Part shown: positions 19,049 to 25,259 of the stretch, one piece after another
Layout: every line of letters begins with the position of its first letter
How positions within the stretch are numbered: position 1 is the first letter of the stretch
Assembly (NCBI RefSeq): GCF_000148385.1
Contig: NC_014537.1
Coordinates: forward strand, 1,650,001-1,682,000
Length of the DNA stretch: 32,000 bases
Direction: 5' to 3'
From: Vulcanisaeta distributa DSM 14429
Lineage (GTDB): Archaea > Thermoproteota > Thermoprotei > Thermoproteales > Thermocladiaceae
Notes under the pieces: model-generated
The model's input: only the letters and a program-made list of their open reading frames with translations
The model's database searches: none
Told to the model about the DNA's origin: nothing
Translations under genes and position numbers: made by a program

Positions 19049-20239
19049 ATGAGCCAGGATATAGTCATTACGGGCTTCGTAAGGACACCCATTGGTAAAT
19101 TTGGTGGTGCATTTAAGAACGTTAAGACACCTTACTTAGCCGCTGAAGCCATAAAGGCGTTAATTAGGAGAACAGGCATTGAGGGTAAGCTTATTGACGA
19201 GGTTGTCTTTGGATCAACACTTCAGGGTGGTATGGGTCAAAACCTTAGTAGGTTCGCGGCATTGCTTGCTGGGTTACCGATAGAGGTTAGTGCATTTACT
19301 GTCAATAGGGTTTGTTCATCAGGAATGCAGGCGATTATCGAGGCCGTCAGGGCCCTAAAGGTTGGTGACGTAAATGTGGTAATTGCAGGTGGCGCTGAGT
19401 CCATGAGCACGCAACCGCTTGCCCTGCCGCACGAGGTTAGGTGGGGAATTAAGCACCTAATTGGTAGGGATTTGAGATTCATTGATTTGATGATTTATGA
19501 TGGGTTAACAGACCCCACAAACATGATGCTCATGGGTCAGGAGGCTGATAAGGTGGCCATGGAGCACGAAATAACTAGGGAGGAGCTGGATAAAGTGGCT
19601 TACGAGAGCCACATGAGAGCTCTAAAGGCCACTGAGAATAAGTATTACCTCGAGCTAGAGCCTGTGGATACCGTGATAAATGGCGAGAGGGTTTACCTGG
19701 ATAGGGATGAGGGTATTAGACCTGATACAAGCCTTGAGAAATTAGCTAAGTTAAAGCCAGCCTTTGGTCCCAATGGCTTACATACTGCCGGTAATTCGTC
19801 ACAACTATCTGACGGTGCTGCGGCATTGTTGTTGACCACTATGGATAAGGCTAAGGAGATTGGTTTAAAGCCCATTGCGAGGATCGTTGGCTATGCGTGG
19901 CACATGCTTGAGCCCTGGAGATTCCCAGAGGCGCCGATTTACGTGATTAGGAAGTTGCTGAGTAAGGTTGGTTGGAGCATTAATGACGTGGATGTTTTCG
20001 AGGTTAATGAGGCCTTCGCCGTGGTTAATGTCCTGGTGAATAAGGAGTTGGGTATACCGTATGATAAGATGAACATATTTGGCGGTGCAATAGCCCTGGG
20101 ACACCCACTTGGTGCCAGTGGTGCTAGGATAGTTACGACGTTAATATCGGCATTAATACATGTTGGTGGTAAGAGAGGTGTGGCAGCGCTGTGTCATGGC
20201 ACTGGCGGTGCCACTGCACTGGCTATAGAGATGCTTTGA
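19049..20239 (+). CDS. acetyl-CoA C-acetyltransferase (classical thiolase II type)
   Basis: ..VNRVCSSGMQAI.. carries the nucleophile Cys. ..NEAFA.., ..GGAIALGHPLGASGARI.. and ..LCHGTGGA.. are also present. Confidence 0.9.
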   Translation: MSQDIVITGFVRTPIGKFGGAFKNVKTPYLAAEAIKALIRRTGIEGKLIDEVVFGSTLQGGMGQNLSRFAALLAGLPIEVSAFTVNRVCSSGMQAIIEAVRALKVGDVNVVIAGGAESMSTQPLALPHEVRWGIKHLIGRDLRFIDLMIYDGLTDPTNMMLMGQEADKVAMEHEITREELDKVAYESHMRALKATENKYYLELEPVDTVINGERVYLDRDEGIRPDTSLEKLAKLKPAFGPNGLHTAGNSSQLSDGAAALLLTTMDKAKEIGLKPIARIVGYAWHMLEPWRFPEAPIYVIRKLLSKVGWSINDVDVFEVNEAFAVVNVLVNKELGIPYDKMNIFGGAIALGHPLGASGARIVTTLISALIHVGGKRGVAALCHGTGGATALAIEML

Positions 20240-20252
20240 CTAAAGCAAAAGG

Positions 20253-20262
20253 CTTTTAAATA
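20253..20262 (+). promoter_or_regulatory. TATA box upstream of the aRF1 locus
   Basis: CTTTTAAATA lies about 25-30 nt upstream of the ATG at 20286 (a 6-codon uORF) and about 70 nt upstream of the aRF1 ATG. Confidence 0.45.
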
Positions 20263-20329
20263 CAGCAGTCCTTTCCATCCATAGTATGGTTGATGCCCTG
20301 GAATAAGGGATTTCTCGGAGTTGAAAATA

Positions 20330-21436
20330 ATGATAAACCTACTCAAGAAATACAGGGGTTATGCAACGACCCTCATAAGCCTATACATCAACGGTAATAG
20401 GCCAATACCTGATGTCGTATCAATGCTTAGGCAGGAATGGGCATTGGCAAGCAATATCAAGGATAAGACCACGAGAACGCATGTTCAAGACGCACTAGAG
20501 AGGATTATAAATTCGATAAAAGGCATATCAAAGGCTCCTGAGAACGGACTTGCAATATTCGCAGGCTTTCACATGATAAATCCAGGTAATTACGAGTGGG
20601 TTTTTCACGCCATAATACCCCCAATACCAATATCGACATTTAAGTACATCTGCGATACGTCGTTCCACACTGAGATACTTGAGGGCATGGTTAAGAGCAG
20701 CGACACTTATGGGATAATAGTGATCGAGAGGGGTGAGGCGGTTATTGCACTGCTGAGGGGTAATTATTGGGAGATTGTTGATAAGGTGGAGTTCTTTGTG
20801 CCAAATAAGCATGCGGCTGGTGGACAATCAGCCCTTAGATATAAGCGACAGACGGAGCATTTAGCCGAGACATTTTACAAGCTAGTTGCTGAGAGAGCAA
20901 ATAAGGTGTTTACAGAGATACCGAGCCTAAAGGGTATCGTCGTTGCTGGACCAGGACCAACGAAGGAGGAGTTCCTTGAGGAGGGTGAGTTGGATCATAG
21001 GATTAGAGATAAGGTCATTGCCATTGTATCAGCATGTTGCGCTGATATTGGTGGCGTTCTCGAGGCCATTAGGAATGCTGAGGATAAGCTTAAGGAAACT
21101 GAGTATGTTAAGGCTAAGAAATTAATGGAGGAGATCATGTACCTAGCCGTTAAGAAGCCCGAGTACCTAATTTATGGTAAGGACTCGGTGATGGACGCGG
21201 TTAAGAAGGGCATTGCTAAGATGGTTGTTGTTAGTGAGGATGTTGGTGAGGATGAGATTATGAATTTGACAATAATGCTTAAGGGTAGGAAGGATGTTGA
21301 ATTATTCGTAATGCCTAAGTCTGTTGAGGAAAACCTGACACTAACGCAAACATTCGGTGGCTATGTGGCTATTTTATCAACACCATCATGGATCCTCGAG
21401 AGTTATAATGAAAACCAGGACAAGAGTAGCTCATAA
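20330..21436 (+). CDS. prf1: peptide chain release factor aRF1
   Basis: ..TLISLYI.., ..ASNIKDKTTR.. (the NIKS-motif position) and the GGQ motif in ..HAAGGQSALRYKRQ... I prefer the ATG at 20330, with GGAG 9 nt upstream, over the TTG at 20321. Confidence 0.9.
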   Translation: MINLLKKYRGYATTLISLYINGNRPIPDVVSMLRQEWALASNIKDKTTRTHVQDALERIINSIKGISKAPENGLAIFAGFHMINPGNYEWVFHAIIPPIPISTFKYICDTSFHTEILEGMVKSSDTYGIIVIERGEAVIALLRGNYWEIVDKVEFFVPNKHAAGGQSALRYKRQTEHLAETFYKLVAERANKVFTEIPSLKGIVVAGPGPTKEEFLEEGELDHRIRDKVIAIVSACCADIGGVLEAIRNAEDKLKETEYVKAKKLMEEIMYLAVKKPEYLIYGKDSVMDAVKKGIAKMVVVSEDVGEDEIMNLTIMLKGRKDVELFVMPKSVEENLTLTQTFGGYVAILSTPSWILESYNENQDKSSS

Positions 21437-21460
21437 GGCATTGTTTAAAATATTCCCCCT

Positions 21461-21745
21461 TTAACCACCGCCGGCTGGTGGTAGGAATACTACCTCATCA
21501 CCATTAGACAACTTAGTACTTAATCCATTTAGAAAGTCTATTGACCTACCATTAACCAGGATCACGTATTGATCCTTAAGTCTGCCATTATCATCTAGGA
21601 TAACCTTCGAGAAATTGGGGCTCACTGAGGTATCAATAACCTGTATTAAATCCTTAATTGTCGCATTGTCAGGTATGTTAAGCTCAGTCTTAAGTACCTT
21701 AGTTATGTCATATAATGATGCCAAGAACTTAACCTGAACCTTCAT
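21461..21745 (-). CDS. MoaD/ThiS-family ubiquitin-like small protein with a C-terminal Gly-Gly(-Gly)
   Basis: MKVQVKFLASL...ILVNGRSIDFLNGLSTKLSNGDEVVFLPPAGGG is the archaeal MoaD-type beta-grasp pattern ending in GGG. The gene has its own TATA box at 21768..21777. Confidence 0.75.
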   Translation of the reverse strand: MKVQVKFLASLYDITKVLKTELNIPDNATIKDLIQVIDTSVSPNFSKVILDDNGRLKDQYVILVNGRSIDFLNGLSTKLSNGDEVVFLPPAGGG

Positions 21746-21767
21746 CAATCACATAGCAGTAAAAATA

Positions 21768-21777
21768 GTTTAAAAAG
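21768..21777 (-). promoter_or_regulatory. TATA box for the GG-ended MoaD-like gene
   Basis: On the minus strand this reads CTTTTTAAAC, 24-33 nt upstream of the ATG at 21745. Confidence 0.45.
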
Positions 21778-21797
21778 CTTAATACGAAAAACATTAG

Positions 21798-22082
21798 TTA
21801 TGCAACACCGCAATGCGGTAAAAATGTTACTTCATCGCCATCAGATAACTTAGTATCAACGCCATTTAAGAAATCTGGGGATCTTCCATTAATTAATACT
21901 AAGAACTTATCTTTAATTTTATTATTACAGTCAAGGATTACCTTAGAGAAGCCTGGGTATATAGCATTATCTATTTTCCTTATTAAGTCAAGCAGTGTCG
22001 CACCATCAGGCAACTCAATCTCGGTCCTCAACGTCTTAGTCATTTCATATAGTAAAGTCAAAAATTTGACGTATATCTTCAT
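21798..22082 (-). CDS. MoaD/ThiS-family ubiquitin-like paralog lacking the C-terminal diglycine (ends ..LPHCGVA)
   Basis: MKIYVKFLTLL...LINGRSPDFLNGVDTKLSDGDEVTFLPHCGVA. By hand alignment it is roughly 55-60% identical to the neighbouring paralog. I place the start at the ATG at 22082, supported by a TATA box at 22102..22112. The track extension to 22178 is probably not real. Confidence 0.7.
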   Translation of the reverse strand: MKIYVKFLTLLYEMTKTLRTEIELPDGATLLDLIRKIDNAIYPGFSKVILDCNNKIKDKFLVLINGRSPDFLNGVDTKLSDGDEVTFLPHCGVA

Positions 22083-22101
22083 TGCTTTGCTGTTAATGTC
22101 A

Positions 22102-22112
22102 ATATATAAAAA
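22102..22112 (-). promoter_or_regulatory. TATA box for the CGVA-ended MoaD-like gene
   Basis: On the minus strand this reads TTTTTATATAT, 20-30 nt upstream of the ATG at 22082. Confidence 0.5.
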
Positions 22113-22159
22113 TCTTTTGCTAAATTTTATCAAATGAGAGATCTTTAGGAATTGATATT

Positions 22160-22621
22160 CTACTGTTGCGGTGAGCACTTACCTAGTGCCTTCAGAAGTG
22201 CCATTGCAATGCCAAGACCTCTCTGTACATCCTTATCCCCTAATGCTCTCCAAAGTCCCATTAATCCACTCACGGGTTTAGCGTTGGCTAAATCCACGTT
22301 CTTTCCTAGACAGCCACCTAAGTCTTGGACGAGGCCTTTCAACTTAAGGACATCTTGAGTATCCAGCTTATTCATCGCTTGTAAACTACCATCAACGAGT
22401 ATTGATAATAATCTAAATATCGCGGGATCCTGGAATAAGTACTGTATGACCTCATCAAATCTATTAACTATTAGCATTAACGCATCAATTACACCACTAC
22501 GCTTGAGCTCAATTAATTGATCAAGTAATCCCCTAATCTCATCAATATTCTGAACAAGTATGTTCAACGCCTCAGCAAGCTTCTCATCGGGGCTCTTTTC
22601 AGCCTGAGTTTGCTGCGCCAT
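22160..22621 (-). CDS. DUF1641-domain protein
   Basis: The protein is helical, with ..LVQNIDEIRGLLDQLIELKRSGVIDALMLIV... It sits immediately downstream of a pyridine-nucleotide-disulfide oxidoreductase, which is the usual DUF1641 context. The ATG at 22621 is preceded by GAGGTGATC. Confidence 0.6.
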   Translation of the reverse strand: MAQQTQAEKSPDEKLAEALNILVQNIDEIRGLLDQLIELKRSGVIDALMLIVNRFDEVIQYLFQDPAIFRLLSILVDGSLQAMNKLDTQDVLKLKGLVQDLGGCLGKNVDLANAKPVSGLMGLWRALGDKDVQRGLGIAMALLKALGKCSPQQ

Positions 22622-22624
22622 GGT

Positions 22625-22633
22625 GATCACCTC
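22625..22633 (-). promoter_or_regulatory. Shine-Dalgarno-like site coupling the SQR-like gene to the DUF1641 gene
   Basis: The minus-strand mRNA reads ...ACG ATG TGA GGTGATCACC ATG GCG.... The GAGGTGATC sequence overlaps the upstream TGA stop and ends 3 nt before the DUF1641 ATG. Confidence 0.5.
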
Positions 22634-23801
22634 ACATCGTTGTTGCTAGCCAGGTTTTATAAAATAGATCCTTAATCAATCTACCAAGCGGTGACGTTAA
22701 TATACTATAGCAGCTACCTACCCACGCAGCCTTATTACCAGTTAAATCAAGCTTAACATCGCAGTTAAACATCATACCAAGATCGCCATAATCCATGGCA
22801 CAGGTCATCGCATTTATCTGTGCAGGCTCTATGGGCTCACCAAGTAGTTCACCCGCTATTACCGTGGCACTCGCTAATGCCGTGAAATGCACAGGCACTC
22901 CAGCCGTTGGTAAGCCTATATATGGCATCGAGTGCTCACCAGGTAAATAAACATCATCGTACTTTAAACTCCTACCAGTATAAACATCTATAGCCGTCCA
23001 TTTACCGGTTGGTGTATCGGTAATTAATGGCGTTCCCTCAAAGGGCTTCGGAAGCCTTGCTGGCGGTACCACAATGAGCAGGTCATACTTATACTTCTCA
23101 CCGTTTGCCAGTATAACAGTCTTCTCTTTATCATCAACCTTATCAGGCTTTATGCTACCAATGTACTTAATACCCTTCTTTGCATAGACTTCCTCAGTAA
23201 TCTTAACGGCCTCAGGTCCTAAGGGCTGTATCGGCTTTTCGAAGGGATGAATAAGCGTTATATCAACCCTATCCCTAATGCCCCTCTTCCTAAATACCGT
23301 GTCAAGCTGAGCCGCGAATTCAAAGGGATACACACCGCATCTATATATGGGTTCAGGCGTGAATATGATCACCTTACCACCACTGAAGGACCTCAATGCA
23401 TCCCTTAGTTTAAGTGCTCCATCTAGCGTGTAATTGTGATAACCGACGCCCAGGTTGTAAGATTGGAAGTCAAAATCAACGCCTAGGCTCGCCAAAAGGT
23501 AGTCGTAGTTAAACTTGCCTTGATCAGTCTCCACAACCCTATTATCAGGGTCTATCTTAGTGACTTTAGCCTTAACAAACTTGACACCTCTCCTCTCTAG
23601 CATTGACAGCGGTAACTGTGCCTTGCTTGGTTCTATATCGCCAAGCGCGATATTGACGAGTAACGGTGGCAATAGATAATAATCCGTATCGCTGACTATC
23701 GTTATTTCAGCATCAACCCTACCCCTTATTCTTTCAGCAATTCTCTTAGCAGCAACGACGCCACCAACACCACCGCCTAGGATGAGTATTTTCTTCGGCA
23801 C
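22632..23801 (-). CDS. FAD-dependent pyridine nucleotide-disulfide oxidoreductase, sulfide:quinone oxidoreductase-like
   Basis: The N-terminal KKILILGGGVGGVVAAKRIAE is an FAD Rossmann motif. Candidate redox cysteines sit in ..IYRCGVYPFE.. and ..MTCAMDYGD... The C-terminus is amphipathic. The start codon is GTG. Confidence 0.75.
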   Translation of the reverse strand: MPKKILILGGGVGGVVAAKRIAERIRGRVDAEITIVSDTDYYLLPPLLVNIALGDIEPSKAQLPLSMLERRGVKFVKAKVTKIDPDNRVVETDQGKFNYDYLLASLGVDFDFQSYNLGVGYHNYTLDGALKLRDALRSFSGGKVIIFTPEPIYRCGVYPFEFAAQLDTVFRKRGIRDRVDITLIHPFEKPIQPLGPEAVKITEEVYAKKGIKYIGSIKPDKVDDKEKTVILANGEKYKYDLLIVVPPARLPKPFEGTPLITDTPTGKWTAIDVYTGRSLKYDDVYLPGEHSMPYIGLPTAGVPVHFTALASATVIAGELLGEPIEPAQINAMTCAMDYGDLGMMFNCDVKLDLTGNKAAWVGSCYSILTSPLGRLIKDLFYKTWLATTM

Positions 23802-23983
23802 GTAACCTCAGAATGAATGCTACTATTTAAGCATTATTATTAATCAAGTTACAAGTTTGTGAAAGTATAAAAAGCAATCAATTTATGAACTAATGCATTT
23901 AAATGAATTAGTACTTAATACCGTGATATATAACAATGGAACAATAAAGATTATTAATAATGGTGATGTCAATAATTATTGGT

Positions 23984-24038
23984 GTGATGATGGATCAACA
24001 AACTGATACATGATAATGAGGAGGGAGGTGAAGACTGA
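23984..24038 (+). ncRNA. candidate C/D-box sRNA (2'-O-methylation guide)
   Basis: C box GTGATGA lies at 23984..23990, followed by the 12-nt guide TGGATCAACAAA and the D' box CTGA at 24003..24006. After a 9-nt spacer comes the C'-like ATGAGGA at 24016..24022, the 12-nt guide GGGAGGTGAAGA, and the D box CTGA at 24035..24038. A TATA-like TTATTAATAA lies 24-33 nt upstream. The element is in an otherwise long intergenic region. Confidence 0.5.
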
Positions 24039-24093
24039 TTATTTTCCTGTTAGAAGTATTTTTAAGCACCATATGACTACATTAAACCGTCTC

Positions 24094-25254
24094 ATGAGTT
24101 TAAGGACGCTGTTCACAATGTCTATTAGGAACCTTAGCGGTAGGAAAACGAGGGCTATACTGACAATGCTAGCAATAATCTATAGTGTGGCATTAATGAT
24201 AACCCTGGAAACCATGACGTATGGTTTCAAGGTCGCGATTACTAACGAGGTCGAGAATATACTGCCCACGGATCTGATGGTTTATTCCCAAAGTGTCTCA
24301 ATACCCGAGGCTGTGGCACAGGTTATTGCTAAGCTTCCTCACGTGTCTTATGTAGTCCCTGCAATTATAATAAGTACGGCCCAGGTTAATGGACATGCGG
24401 TTACCCTAATTGGAATACCTAACCAGTATTTCTCGTATTTTGAGGTTCGCATGGAAAGTGGTTCATTGCCTATGAGTGATGGGGAGGCGATAATACAGGA
24501 CACCCTGGCTCAAAGGGATAACATAAGCATTGGCGATACCATTTATGTCCAGGTACTAACGGGTATTCAGGGAGGCTCTGAGATAATACCCCTCAAGGTC
24601 ACCGGAACGTTTAGTAGCATACTTGGTGGTTTCCTTGGTTTTCAATTAAACATGATCGTGACACCAATAAGCACATTACAAAATGACCTTGATGATGAGG
24701 GCTTTGTTAATGCAATATTCATAAAGCTATCACAGGAGAATCCGACATACCTCAATCAACTAGCCACTGCATTAAGTGAGTACTTCCCCAACGCTGATGT
24801 TTACGAGCAGAAGTCCGTTCTCGGCTCAATCTCTAACGCATTATCAATGGTTAATCTATTCTTCATAGTAATAATAGCACTCAGCCTAATAGTCACTGGG
24901 CTTAGCGTTGCTAATACGGCAATAATGAACGTTAGGGAGAGGACCAGGGAAATTGGAATCCTTAAGGCCCTGGGCGCATCCAATGGCCAGGTAATACTGA
25001 TATTCCTCCTTGAAATATTGATAATGAGCATCATAGGCTCAGTGGTAGGTATACTGCTTGGCATAGCAGGCGCTTACCTGGCTAGGTACATAATGATTAG
25101 GCTTAACCTCCCAATAATAATACCCGTGATACTAATACCGACGTTATACGTATATTCATTAATAATAGCCATAGCGACATCGATAATCGCGTCAATACCA
25201 TCATTAATATCAATAACAAGGATCAGACCAATGGAGGTGCTAAGGATTGAATAA
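24094..25254 (+). CDS. ABC-transporter permease of the FtsX/MacB (DUF214) type
   Basis: MSLRTLFTMSIRNLSGRKTRAILTMLAIIYSV is a typical FtsX N-terminus and TM1. It is followed by a roughly 230-aa extracytoplasmic domain and then the block ..NVRERTREIGILKALGASNGQV... with three C-terminal TMs. The start is uncertain (24073, 24094 or 24118), and the track start at 24010 is probably too long. Confidence 0.8.
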   Translation: MSLRTLFTMSIRNLSGRKTRAILTMLAIIYSVALMITLETMTYGFKVAITNEVENILPTDLMVYSQSVSIPEAVAQVIAKLPHVSYVVPAIIISTAQVNGHAVTLIGIPNQYFSYFEVRMESGSLPMSDGEAIIQDTLAQRDNISIGDTIYVQVLTGIQGGSEIIPLKVTGTFSSILGGFLGFQLNMIVTPISTLQNDLDDEGFVNAIFIKLSQENPTYLNQLATALSEYFPNADVYEQKSVLGSISNALSMVNLFFIVIIALSLIVTGLSVANTAIMNVRERTREIGILKALGASNGQVILIFLLEILIMSIIGSVVGILLGIAGAYLARYIMIRLNLPIIIPVILIPTLYVYSLIIAIATSIIASIPSLISITRIRPMEVLRIE

Positions 25255-25259
25255 TAGCC

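Noticed and set aside
20453-20464. aRF1 carries NIKD instead of the canonical NIKS motif, which could hint at altered stop-codon recognition
   Set aside because: TAA, TAG and TGA all terminate well-supported genes in this window (for example TAG at 704..706, TAA at 1389..1391 and TGA at 20237..20239). There is therefore no sign of reassignment, and the S-to-D change may simply be lineage-typical. I cannot check that without an alignment.
24019-24030. GGAGGGAGGTGA read as a Shine-Dalgarno site for the permease
   Set aside because: The next plausible in-frame start (24073 or 24094) is more than 40 nt downstream, too far for an SD. The purine run fits better as the D-guide of the sRNA candidate, although that remains unproven.
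24010-24093. N-terminal extension of the FtsX permease ORF (MIMRREVKTDYFPVRSIFKHH...)
   Set aside because: FtsX-family proteins normally begin just before the RNLxxRKxR/TM1 segment. The extension overlaps the C/D-box element, and a TATA-like TATTTTTAAG sits inside it, about 27 nt upstream of the ATG at 24094.
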